A program made the position numbers and the translations under genes. The notes under the pieces are model-generated. The model did not search any database. It worked only from the letters and a program-made list of their open reading frames with translations, and was not told the DNA's origin. Of a stretch of 64,000 nt of DNA, positions 1 to 8,705 are shown piece by piece; within the stretch, counting starts at the first letter, position 1, and the number at the start of each line of letters is the position of its first letter. Origin of the DNA: an uncultured delta proteobacterium (GTDB lineage: Bacteria > Desulfobacterota > Binatia > Binatales > Binataceae); NCBI GenBank assembly GCA_963699705.1, contig CAVOUW010000001.1, forward strand, positions 141,572 to 205,571, read 5' to 3'.

Positions 1-880
1 CAAGAGCTGACGCAACATCGCCGGGACTCCTTCGCGCCGCGATCATCGAGGCCGCGATCATCATCCGGCGCATCATCGGGATGATCTCGACTGCGAGAAT
101 CTCGAAGACGTCGCGGCCGAGCGCGAGCGCACGTCCCAACTGCGCCAGCGCCATCGATGCCCGTCCGCGCGAGACACTCTCAGCGAGCTCGAAAGCTTCG
201 GGCATTCGGCGCGCGCCCTCATCCAAATCTCCCGGCTGCACCTGCTTGCCGCGTTCGGCGAAAATCGTCACTTTGCCGAGCGTGTTGGCGACCGCCGCCA
301 GGTCTCCACCGTGGCGCGAAATAACCAGGTCGAGCGCGGCCGGCGACAACTTCAATCCCAGCGAATTTGCGAATGCGTTTACGTATTGCTCGATCTGGTT
401 GTCGAACGGACGCATGCAATTGACGAGCAGCGCCGCCTTTTCCGCGGCACGGCGGACCTTGGCGGGCGCGCTGTCTTTTTCGTAGAGCAGGATGAGATTG
501 CCGGGGCCGCGCGCCGACTCGATTGCGTCTACCAGCGCCGCTTCCGAGCCTCCACTACCCGACGCGCGCGTGTCGCCGCCGTCAGAATCGGTCGCAGTGT
601 CGGCTTTGTCGCGGCGCGACTTCAGGATTCGACACGCGATTGCGCGCCGGGGCGCGAACAAATCGGGAGCACCAAGTTCGTTGAGCACGACGCCGTAATC
701 GTCACCCGAACCGATTTGAAAACTCCGATATTGGTATCCTTCAGCGGCGAGCTTGCGCACGATCGAATCGAGAACGTACTCGCGCAGGAATGCGTGAGGG
801 CCGAAGATCAGCACTACCGGCGGGATGCGTCGATCTGCGCCAGCCCCTCGAATGTAGGCGAGCGCGGTTTCAAGCGGCAT
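1..880 (-). CDS. holA: DNA polymerase III delta subunit (HolA), 3' end truncated by window edge
   Basis: Hand translation of the minus strand from the ATG at ~880 gives MPLETALAYIRGAGADRRIPPVVLIFGPHAFLREYVLDSIV...NLILLYEKDSAPAKVRRAAEKAALLVNCMRPFDNQIEQYV...GDLAAVANTLGKV..., typical of the HolA clamp-loader delta fold. It runs off the window start. It is not in the ORF track because no stop lies inside the window. The position directly downstream of lptE matches the common lptE-holA order. Confidence 0.8.
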   Translation of the reverse strand, partial: MPLETALAYIRGAGADRRIPPVVLIFGPHAFLREYVLDSIVRKLAAEGYQYRSFQIGSGDDYGVVLNELGAPDLFAPRRAIACRILKSRRDKADTATDSDGGDTRASGSGGSEAALVDAIESARGPGNLILLYEKDSAPAKVRRAAEKAALLVNCMRPFDNQIEQYVNAFANSLGLKLSPAALDLVISRHGGDLAAVANTLGKVTIFAERGKQVQPGDLDEGARRMPEAFELAESVSRGRASMALAQLGRALALGRDVFEILAVEIIPMMRRMMIAASMIAARRSPGDVASAL

Positions 881-896
881 GGTGAAAATTGAAAGG

Positions 897-1502
897 CTAG
901 AAGCCTTCGGCCATCTGAGAGTAGAGGTTTTGCGCGAGCCGCTGCATCATCACGTCGCGGTAGGCCGACGTTTCCGCTTGCGCAGTCTGGATGTCGGTCA
1001 AATTTGCGACGTCGTTGGCGCGCAGGTTCTGCTGCAGGAAGGTTGGGGTCGTAGCCACGGTGGTCTGCGGCACGACTGGAGTGTGTTCGCCGGCGCTGAC
1101 GCTATGCGTCGTCCAGATTGTTTTCTTGGCGTGGAGATCTTTGAGTGACGCCGAAACCACGATGTTCTGGTTGTATTGGGTCGGCTCGAGCGCCGAGTTG
1201 AAGTTCGAAGGAACCGCGCTGACGAACCGAACGTCGCCCGACAGCTCGAGATCGGCGGCCGCCGCACTATCGACGACCTTGAGCCGGCGATGCAACGCGA
1301 TCTCATCCTTGATGTAGCGCATCACCTCATCGTTGACGCCGGTCACACGTGTGCTGTTGGTGAAGCGCGAAACGTAAATCGTGTCGGCACCACTCGGCAA
1401 CGCGTCGCCCGACGCGGCGAAGTGATAGCCGCACCCTGAAAGAAAAAGGCCCGCGACGATTACTAAGCCGAGCAGCCTACTCGGCCTTGGATAACGTGAC
1501 AT
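897..1502 (-). CDS. lptE: LPS-assembly lipoprotein LptE
   Basis: Track ORF 897..1544. The likely start is the internal Met (MSRYPRPSRLLGLVIVAGLFLSGCGYHF), which is preceded by GAAGGGTGAGG. There is a lipobox LSGC, and the LptE-like body sits between nusB and holA. Confidence 0.75.
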   Translation of the reverse strand: MSRYPRPSRLLGLVIVAGLFLSGCGYHFAASGDALPSGADTIYVSRFTNSTRVTGVNDEVMRYIKDEIALHRRLKVVDSAAAADLELSGDVRFVSAVPSNFNSALEPTQYNQNIVVSASLKDLHAKKTIWTTHSVSAGEHTPVVPQTTVATTPTFLQQNLRANDVANLTDIQTAQAETSAYRDVMMQRLAQNLYSQMAEGF

Positions 1503-1923
1503 CCTCACCCTTCTGCTTGAGCCCCAGCCGTCCCGCGATTTCATCCAGCACCCCGTTGACGAAGCGTCCCGACTCGATGTCGCCGTAACATTTCGCGAGC
1601 TCGATAGCTTCGTCGATGGTAACGCGGGTTGGAATGTCCTCCATCCTGAGCAATTCGTAAAGCGCGATGCGCATGATGTTGTGATCGACCCGCGACAGGC
1701 GCTTGACCGACCAATGCTCGAGCGCGTCCGCCAGATGCTTGTCGAGCGCGGGCTGCTCGCGGCGTACCCCTTCCATCAACTGGACGGCGAACTTGCGCGC
1801 GTCATCCTCGACCGGAAAACTTTCGAACAGCGCGGCCAGGTCGTCACTGCTGGCGCCGCCGCAGATATCAATCCGATATAACGCTTTGAGCGCGAGCTCG
1901 CGCCCCTGATGTCTAAGTCCCAT
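1477..1923 (-). CDS. nusB: transcription antitermination factor NusB
   Basis: 148 aa. GRELALKALYRIDI...VDHNIMRIALYELL... is the characteristic NusB signature. Confidence 0.9.
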   Translation of the reverse strand: MGLRHQGRELALKALYRIDICGGASSDDLAALFESFPVEDDARKFAVQLMEGVRREQPALDKHLADALEHWSVKRLSRVDHNIMRIALYELLRMEDIPTRVTIDEAIELAKCYGDIESGRFVNGVLDEIAGRLGLKQKGEDVTLSKAE

Positions 1924-1978
1924 AAAATATCCACAGTCGCGGGCGGCGCGGCAGGCGTCGGCGCAGCGGCTTACGTTT

Positions 1979-3190
1979 TCAAGTGATCAGCTTCAGTTCC
2001 GAGAACAGATGGCCGAGTTTTTCCTTTTTGGTTTTCAAGTACCCGATATTTCCGGCGTGCGGCGTGACTTCGATCGGCACGCGCGAGACGTTCACCCCGT
2101 AACGGCGCAGGCTTTCGATCTTGTGCGGATTGTTGGTAAGCAACTGCACTTCGCCGACCCCGAGGTCGCGCAAAATCTGCGCGCCGATCCCGTAGTCGCG
2201 CAGGTCTTCCTCGAAGCCGAGATGCAAATTCGCTTCGACGGTGTCCATCCCATTGTCCTGCAGCGCGTAGGCGCGAATCTTGTTGCCGAGCCCGATTCCG
2301 CGGCCTTCCTGATGGAGATAGATCACAACGCCGCGATCCGCCGCCATGATTCGGTCGAGCGCTTCCTGCAACTGCTCGCCGCAATCGCATCGCGCGGACG
2401 CAAACACATCGCCAGTAAGACACTCCGAATGGAGCCGCACCAGCGCGGTACGCCCACCGCCGACCTGACCTTTGATCAACGCCAGATGCTCGCGCCCATC
2501 GACGACGTTGCGGAAGACGACCGCATTGAGCATGCCGCCGTCGATCGGAAACGGTTGCTCGGATACGCGCTGGACCAGAACTTCATTGGTCAGGCGATGC
2601 GAAACCAGTTCCTTGACGTAAACTATCGGCAGAGAATGCTGCGCGGCGAATTCGCGGAGTTCCTTGAGACGCGCGGCCTCACCGTCCTCGCGCAGAATCG
2701 TGCACAGCGCCGCGACCGGACCCATCCCGGCCGAGCGCACGAGATCCACCGCTCCCTCGGCGCGTCCTATTCGCACCATCACGCCGCCGCTCAGCGCCAT
2801 CAACGGCAGGATGTGACCAGGCATGACGATATCGTCGTGTCGCGATTCTTCGAAGGCGACCACCGAAATCACGCGCGCGCGATCGCCGGCCGAGATGCCG
2901 GTGGTGGCGCCTTCGCGCGCGTCGATCAGCACGCCGGCCTGCTCGTTGGAATCGCCGTTGTCGGTCGAAGGTTGCAGCGGAATGCCAAGTGCGCGAAAAC
3001 GCTTTTCGGGAATCGCGACCGAGATGACGCCGCGAGCCTCGCGCGCCATGAAATTGATGTCGTCGGGGGTGATTTTCTCGGCCGCCATCACGAGGTCGCC
3101 CTCGGCGTCGTCGCGCTCCTCCGCGATCATCACGACCATCTTTCCGTCGCGTAAGGTGGAGAAAATTTCGTCTAGGGAAGCTGATTTCAT
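1979..3190 (-). CDS. ribBA: bifunctional 3,4-dihydroxy-2-butanone-4-phosphate synthase / GTP cyclohydrolase II (RibBA)
   Basis: 403 aa. The DHBP synthase N-domain ([19 protein letters not shown]) is followed by the GTP cyclohydrolase II zinc motif ([30 protein letters not shown]). Confidence 0.92.
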   Translation of the reverse strand: MKSASLDEIFSTLRDGKMVVMIAEERDDAEGDLVMAAEKITPDDINFMAREARGVISVAIPEKRFRALGIPLQPSTDNGDSNEQAGVLIDAREGATTGISAGDRARVISVVAFEESRHDDIVMPGHILPLMALSGGVMVRIGRAEGAVDLVRSAGMGPVAALCTILREDGEAARLKELREFAAQHSLPIVYVKELVSHRLTNEVLVQRVSEQPFPIDGGMLNAVVFRNVVDGREHLALIKGQVGGGRTALVRLHSECLTGDVFASARCDCGEQLQEALDRIMAADRGVVIYLHQEGRGIGLGNKIRAYALQDNGMDTVEANLHLGFEEDLRDYGIGAQILRDLGVGEVQLLTNNPHKIESLRRYGVNVSRVPIEVTPHAGNIGYLKTKKEKLGHLFSELKLIT

Positions 3191-3254
3191 CTGATGCAGT
3201 TCAACGATGGCGATATTATCACCGGTTTGAGAGGCTAACCAGTCTGCGGTTGGC

Positions 3255-3312
3255 GCGGGATGCCAGCAACCTAACCCCTAACCCCTTCCCGAGCGGAAGG
3301 GGAACAAGAAAG
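3255..3312. repeat. module-A palindromic repeat (CCTAACCCCTAACCCCTTCCC-gagc-GGAAGGGG), reverse orientation
   Basis: A stem CCCCTTCC/GGAAGGGG of 8-9 bp is followed by TTAGGGGTTAGG on the opposite strand. The same unit recurs at 9975, 13025, 26395, 31478, 41850, 44828 and 53860. Confidence 0.8.
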
Positions 3313-3339
3313 AAAGGGCTCTTGAGGGACTCCGGACTC

Positions 3340-4462
3340 TTATCGGCGGACGCGGGCCTCTAACAGCGAGTCTTCGCCGACTGGGCGCGCGGACAAATCC
3401 GTGAGCGCGAGTGCGTCTCGCACGCTGCGGGATTTCATCCCTTCGATCGCTTGCAGGCCGGCGCCGAGGATTTTCGGGGCTACAAAGAACGCGATGCGAT
3501 CCACGATACCCGCGCTCAGAGCCGAGCCGGCGAGATTTGCGCCGCCTTCGATCAAGACGCGGCACCATCCGCGATGCCCAAACTCGAGCATCAGGCGATC
3601 CAGCTCGATGATGCCGCTGTGGGTCGCGACGGCGATGACCTCGACGCCGCGTCGCTCAAATCTCTCGCGGGCACGCGAGAGATTTGCCGGCGTGGTCACC
3701 AGGATGGTGACCGCGCGCGAGCGCTGCCGATACACCCGCGCGGTCGGCGCGGTGCGGAGTTGCGCGTCGATGACGACGCGCACCGGATCGCGGCCGCCGG
3801 CGACCCGCGCCGTCAGGCGCGGGTCGTCGGCGATCACGGTGCCGGCGCCGACCATAACGGCGTCGCATTCGCGACGCCATCGATGGACCAGTTCGCGCGA
3901 TTCGCGCGAACTGATCCATCGCGAATCGCCGCTGGCCGCGGCAATTCGCCCGTCTATCGACATCGCCAGCTTGAGGATGCCCAGTGGGCGTCCGAGTCGT
4001 AGCCGCGTGATGAATCCTTCGTTCAGACGGAGCGCTTCGCCTTCAAGCACTCCAACTCGTTACCGCGATTTTCGCGCCCTTGAGGATTGCGATTCCGCTT
4101 CCGCTGACGCGGGGGTCCGGATCAACGCATCCCACGACGACGCGCTTGACCTTCGCCGCGACCAGAGCGTTCGCGCACGGCGGCGTCTGTCCGAAATGCG
4201 CGCAAGGCTCGAACGACACGTACGCGGTCGCGCCGCGCGCGAACGCGCCCGCCTGCGCGAGCGCAACCGTCTCGCCGTGCGGACGCCCGCCGACGCCGGT
4301 GACACCGCGCCCAACGACTTTGTCGCCGCGCACAATCACGCATCCTACCGACGGATTTGGAGTGGTCAGCCCGAGTTGTTCCTGCGCCAGCGCGAGCGCC
4401 TCGCGCATGTAGCGCTGGTCCCGAATCGCGGCCGAATCAGGCGCCGTTGCCTTTCTTTTCAC
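3340..4462 (-). pseudogene. ribD: riboflavin biosynthesis RibD (deaminase plus reductase) interrupted by a +1 frameshift near 4043-4050, or an assembly indel
   Basis: Deaminase ORF 4043..4462 (HGETVALAQAG...VSFEPCAHFGQTPPC, a CDA zinc motif) ends ...AKIAVTSWSA at TGA. Reductase ORF 3340..4050 (GTG start; ...LKLAMSIDGRIAA...) is in the next frame and overlaps by 8 nt. Removing one nucleotide near 4048 restores a continuous linker IAVTVGVLEGEALRLNEGF. This matches the canonical fused RibD linker (E. coli-type ...IEVVSGVLEEEARALNRGF..., recalled from memory). Confidence 0.8.
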
Positions 4463-4940
4463 CGGCGCGGGAGGTAGGCGCTTGCTTGCGTTGATTGATG
4501 AGGTCTTCGAGTTCGTGCATGAACTCGTCGATATCTTTGAACTGGCGATAGACCGACGCGAAGCGCACGTACGCGACCTGATCGATCTTGTGCAACTCGT
4601 TCATCACCGCCGCACCAACCGCGCTGCTGGGGACCTCGCGTTCGCTCTGTTCGGTCATCGCGGTCTCGATGTTGTTGGCGATCTGCTCGATCGTTTCCAT
4701 CGAGACCGGCCGTTTCTCGCATGCGCGTTTGAGCCCGGCGATTATCTTGGCGCGGTCGAACGGTTCGCGGCGATCGTCTTTCTTGACGACCATCGGCGCC
4801 GCTTCCTCGACCCGCTCGTACGTAGTGAAGCGACGCTTGCACGACCCGCACGCGCGCCGACGCCGAATCAGCATGCCATCGTTCGCGAGCCGCGAATCGA
4901 TGACGCGATTTCCACGATGGCGGCAGAAGGGGCACCGCAT
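4437..4940 (-). CDS. nrdR: transcriptional repressor NrdR
   Basis: 167 aa. [17 protein letters not shown]...[16 protein letters not shown] is the NrdR zinc ribbon, and it is followed by an ATP-cone. Confidence 0.92.
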   Translation of the reverse strand: MRCPFCRHRGNRVIDSRLANDGMLIRRRRACGSCKRRFTTYERVEEAAPMVVKKDDRREPFDRAKIIAGLKRACEKRPVSMETIEQIANNIETAMTEQSEREVPSSAVGAAVMNELHKIDQVAYVRFASVYRQFKDIDEFMHELEDLINQRKQAPTSRAGEKKGNGA

Positions 4941-5017
4941 GGTCTAGCTTCGGGTCCGCGCGGCAAGTCGCCGCATTCCCGCCGATTTGCGACGAGCGAA
5001 TTTTGAGTCGCGGGGCT

Positions 5018-5257
5018 TCAGCTCTTGTGAGCCTCGATATAGGTGACGACGTCTTTAACGGTGCGGATCTTCTCGGCGTCTTCGTCGGAGATTTCGATGT
5101 TGAACTCCTCTTCGAGCGCCATCACCAGCTCGACGATATCGAGCGAATCGGCGCCGAGGTCCTCGATGAAGGAGGCCTCCGGAGTTACTTCGTCAGCGGC
5201 CACACCCAGCTGTTCGCTTATCTTCTCGCGAACTTTGGTTTCGATGTCTTGAGCCAT
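5018..5257 (-). CDS. acpP: acyl carrier protein
   Basis: 79 aa. [19 protein letters not shown] is the phosphopantetheine attachment motif (DSL). Confidence 0.93.
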   Translation of the reverse strand: MAQDIETKVREKISEQLGVAADEVTPEASFIEDLGADSLDIVELVMALEEEFNIEISDEDAEKIRTVKDVVTYIEAHKS

Positions 5258-5414
5258 CGTGCTCTAGTTCCTCCTGGCAGCGAGCCGTAGTTGGGCCGCC
5301 ATTCAATATTCTAACATTATCCCACTGCCACGCAGACCAGAGGTAACGGGCCGAGGGTCGGGATTAAATTATCAGGGGAGCATAAGGACTGAAAGGAGTG
5401 GACGCAAGGCGGAC

Positions 5415-6362
5415 TCAGGTTTTGGCAACGCGTCCCGGTTCCGATACCGCCTTCAACGACGCGAGGTCTTCAAGCGGACGGACGCGGATCGTCCGGTACA
5501 TCCGGCGCATCAGGCCCATCAGGACGCGGCCACATCCGAATTCGATCGCGTCGGTAACGCCACTGCGCGCGACCACTCCCATCGATTCTTCCCATCGCAC
5601 CGGCGAGGTTATCTGTTCGAGCAATAGCGGCACGACGCGGGAGCGATCGTGATTTATCTCCGCGGTAACGTTCGCGATCACTCCAAACTTGAACTCGCCG
5701 ACATTGAGCGCGCGCAGCATCGGTTCCATTCCGTCTCGCGCCGGCTGCATCAGCGGACAATGAAACGGTGCGCTGACTTTCAACTCGACCGACATCGACG
5801 CGCCCCTCTCTTTTGCTATTTCGAGCGCGCGGCGGACGGGAGCAGCGTGTCCAGCGATGACGACTTGGCCGGGCGCGTTGAGATTGGCGGGCAAGGCGAG
5901 CTGACCGTCTTTGGTGACCTCTGCGCAAATCTCACGTACTTGTTGAAGTTCGAGTCCGATCAGCGCCGCCATCGCGCCCTGCCCAGCCGGGACGGCTTCC
6001 TGCATCAGGCGTCCACGCTCGCGGACCGCGCGGACGGCGTCAGGAAATTCGATCGCACCGGCGGCGACCAGCGCGCTGTATTCGCCGAGACTATGGCCCG
6101 CCGCGATTTCCGGCTCGCCGCCGATTTCCTGGCGATAGACCCGCAGCGCCGCGATCGAAGCGGTGACAATCGCGGGTTGCGTGTTCGCGGTCAGACGAAG
6201 TTCGTCTTCGGGACCTTCGAAACAAAGTCTGGATAGCGGAAACCCGAGCGCGTCATCGGCCTCCATGAACGTATCGCGCGCGGCCGGGAAGTTGTCCACG
6301 AACTCCTTGCCCATCCCGACGCGCTGCGATCCTTGCCCAGGAAAAAGAAACGCCAGCTTCAT
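5415..6362 (-). CDS. fabD: malonyl-CoA:ACP transacylase FabD
   Basis: 315 aa. The N-terminus is FLFPGQGSQ and the active site is GHSLGEYSAL. Confidence 0.92.
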   Translation of the reverse strand: MKLAFLFPGQGSQRVGMGKEFVDNFPAARDTFMEADDALGFPLSRLCFEGPEDELRLTANTQPAIVTASIAALRVYRQEIGGEPEIAAGHSLGEYSALVAAGAIEFPDAVRAVRERGRLMQEAVPAGQGAMAALIGLELQQVREICAEVTKDGQLALPANLNAPGQVVIAGHAAPVRRALEIAKERGASMSVELKVSAPFHCPLMQPARDGMEPMLRALNVGEFKFGVIANVTAEINHDRSRVVPLLLEQITSPVRWEESMGVVARSGVTDAIEFGCGRVLMGLMRRMYRTIRVRPLEDLASLKAVSEPGRVAKT

Positions 6363-6376
6363 CTATCGCCGGCGCC

Positions 6377-7795
6377 TCACGAATCGCTCTTCGGCCGGTC
6401 CGGCGAATGCGCGTCCTCACCCTGCGAATGCAACTCGCCCGACTTGTGCGATTTGTCCGCGCCTGGCGCCGTACCGTTGGTTGTCACTGGCGTAGCAGCG
6501 GCGTCGCTGGTCTCGGCCCGCGCTTCATTCTTCAGCGGACCGCTGCCGCGCGGCCGCGAGTGCGTCGATTCGTAATTAGCGCGTTCAATTTTTGGATCAA
6601 CATGATGGTCCGCATGATTGTCCGCGCCGTGCTCCGGCGGCGGTTCGGCCAGCGAGCCCGTGCCGCTCGCCACGGGATGCGACTCGTCGTGCTTGACCGC
6701 CTCGCCTTCTTTCTCGCGACGATGCAACCGTCCCCGCATCTTGCCGAATAACGCGCGGATCCCTTTGCCCGGCGGGGGCTTGATCGGACCGACCGGCTGA
6801 ATCTTCCCGAGAATTTCCAGTATCTCGGCGTTCACGTGATGCACGAGTTGTTCGTTTGCCGCTGCACGAATCGCACTGCGAATCGCCTTCGGATTCGACG
6901 AACCGTGCGCGATGATCGAGACGCCGCTGACACCGAGCAGCGGCGCACCGCCGTATTCCGAAGGATCGAGCCGCTCGCGCATCGCGGTGAGATTTTTTCG
7001 CACCAGCAGATACGCCAGCCGCGTGCGCCAATTGCCGCCGAATACTCCACGCAAACTGCCGAGCAAAAATGACGAGAACCCTTCCATTGTCTTGAGCGCG
7101 ACGTTGCCGGTAAATCCGTCAGTGACGACCACGTCGGCTTTCGCGCGGTTGATGTCGCGGCCCTCGACGTACCCGATGTAGTGCACGTAGGTCGGCATCT
7201 GCTCGAGCATCGCGGCCGCGGCGCGCGTGTTGTCGTTGCCTTTCGAACTTTCCTCGCCGTTGGAAAGAATGCCGACGCGCGGGCGCGAAACGTTGCGCAC
7301 ATGGCGCCAGTACACGCTTCCCATCACAGCGAATTGCACCAGGTTGAGCGGCTTCACATCGACGTTGGCGCCTGCGTCGATCAGTAAGCTGAAGCCTTCA
7401 CTGGTCGGGACCAGCGACGCGATCGCCGGCCGATCGACGTAATTGAGATTGCCCAGGATCATCATCGACGCCGTCATCACGGCGCCCGAATTTCCGGCGC
7501 TGACAAAAGCGCTCGCGTCGCCGCGCTTGACCAGATCGAGTCCAACGTGAATCGAAGATCGCGGCTTAGACAGCACCGACTCGAGCGGCGAGTCGTCCAT
7601 CAGAACGACTTCGGGCGCGTGTTCGATTCGAATCGGCAGATTGGCGGCGTCATGATCGGCGAGTTCGTGCGCGAGTATCTCGCCGTCGCCGACCATCACG
7701 ACCTCAATACCGAAGTCGCGAGCGGCCAGGACGGCGCCCTCAACGGTCGCCTTGGGGGCCAGATCACCCCCCATCGCGTCGAGCGCGATTTTCAC
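6377..7795 (-). CDS. plsX: phosphate acyltransferase PlsX with a ~140 aa low-complexity C-terminal extension
   Basis: Track ORF 6377..7858. The likely start is GTG (VKIALDAMGGDLAP) at ~7795, immediately after the rpmF stop. The PlsX core runs to ~...VNAEILEILGK. A Pro/Gly/His/Glu/Ser-rich tail follows (PPPGKG...EPPPEHGADNHADHHV...SHKSGELHSQGEDAHSPDRPKSDS). Confidence 0.85.
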   Translation of the reverse strand: MKIALDAMGGDLAPKATVEGAVLAARDFGIEVVMVGDGEILAHELADHDAANLPIRIEHAPEVVLMDDSPLESVLSKPRSSIHVGLDLVKRGDASAFVSAGNSGAVMTASMMILGNLNYVDRPAIASLVPTSEGFSLLIDAGANVDVKPLNLVQFAVMGSVYWRHVRNVSRPRVGILSNGEESSKGNDNTRAAAAMLEQMPTYVHYIGYVEGRDINRAKADVVVTDGFTGNVALKTMEGFSSFLLGSLRGVFGGNWRTRLAYLLVRKNLTAMRERLDPSEYGGAPLLGVSGVSIIAHGSSNPKAIRSAIRAAANEQLVHHVNAEILEILGKIQPVGPIKPPPGKGIRALFGKMRGRLHRREKEGEAVKHDESHPVASGTGSLAEPPPEHGADNHADHHVDPKIERANYESTHSRPRGSGPLKNEARAETSDAAATPVTTNGTAPGADKSHKSGELHSQGEDAHSPDRPKSDS

Positions 7796-7812
7796 AGCCG
7801 TACTACCGGTGC

Positions 7813-7992
7813 CTATTCCTTGATCTCGGCCAGCTGGCGGCCGCGGTAGGCGCCACAATGACGACAGATGCGATGCGGCATCACGGGCTCACCGCACGAC
7901 GAGCAGGTGCCGGGATTGACGGCGCGGAGCGCATCATGCGCGCGGCGCATATTTTTTTTCGAATGCGAACTTCGGCGTTTGGGTGCTTGCAT
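7813..7992 (-). CDS. rpmF: 50S ribosomal protein L32
   Basis: Hand translation gives MQAPKRRSSHSKKNMRRAHDALRAVNPGTCSSCGEPVMPHRICRHCGAYRGRQLAEIKE. It has the L32 KRR..S..K motif and a CxxC...CxxC zinc ribbon. It is absent from the ORF track (59 aa) but lies in the expected yceD-rpmF-plsX position. Confidence 0.85.
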   Translation of the reverse strand: MQAPKRRSSHSKKNMRRAHDALRAVNPGTCSSCGEPVMPHRICRHCGAYRGRQLAEIKE

Positions 7993-8026
7993 GACGAATT
8001 ACTTCCTAATGTTAAAGTTGAGCTTA

Positions 8027-8560
8027 TCAGGAGCGCGGCAGTTTAAGCGACCGAATCGCGTCGAGGCGCGGATCGACGATTTCCACGCGGCAGTCGCAGG
8101 TGTTGCGATTCAGATTCAGCCCGCAATGCGGGCACAGGCCGCGGCAATCCTCCTGGCACAGCGGACGCGTCGGCAACGCGAGCAGGACTTGCTCGCGAAT
8201 CAGCGGGCTCAGGTCCACCTCGTCGCCCTCATACAATGAAAATTCCAAATCTTCAGCGCGCAGAGTGTCGTCGTCATATCCGATCGACTTGGGCGACAGC
8301 ACGAAGCGAAACGGACGGTCGCCCGCCGCGTCGAAATCCTCGGCGCATCGAGCACACACCGCGCCGGTCCGCGTCCTCAGTTGGCCTTCGAAGAACAGCT
8401 CGGTGCCGGCGCGATAAAACGATACCGACACTTCGACCGGGCCTTCGAGGTGATATTCGCGGATCGGTCCCTCGCCCAGGATACGGTTAATTTCCTGCTC
8501 CGGTTCGGCAAACGCCAGGAGTTTGGCATCCGCCGTTATGTCCTCGATTCGGATTTTCAC
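8027..8560 (-). CDS. yceD: YceD/DUF177 family protein (23S rRNA accumulation protein)
   Basis: 177 aa. The Cys-rich C-terminus is CQEDCRGLCPHCGLNLN..CDC. Its position upstream of rpmF is canonical. Confidence 0.8.
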   Translation of the reverse strand: MKIRIEDITADAKLLAFAEPEQEINRILGEGPIREYHLEGPVEVSVSFYRAGTELFFEGQLRTRTGAVCARCAEDFDAAGDRPFRFVLSPKSIGYDDDTLRAEDLEFSLYEGDEVDLSPLIREQVLLALPTRPLCQEDCRGLCPHCGLNLNRNTCDCRVEIVDPRLDAIRSLKLPRS

Positions 8561-8705
8561 TTTTCACGCCCACATGACGCCTTGGACGGGGATCGGGGAA
8601 CGGAAATTATTACATTTCGGTGGCGATCTTCAAATACACCGGTTGGCGCAATCGCAGATTTACCTGTAGCGTCGGAAAGATTTCATCACCGAAGGAAAAT
8701 TTCAG

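Noticed and set aside
81-892. Plus-strand ORFs 81..485 and 311..892
   Set aside because: They are antisense to the clearly HolA-like minus-strand frame. Their low-complexity Arg/Ala/Ser composition is typical of GC-rich antisense ORFs.
2009-3154. 381-aa plus-strand ORF
   Set aside because: It is fully antisense to ribBA. It has no motifs and a His/Arg/Ala-rich spurious composition.
3401-4477. 358-aa plus-strand ORF
   Set aside because: It is antisense to ribD and is Ser/Arg/Pro-rich nonsense.
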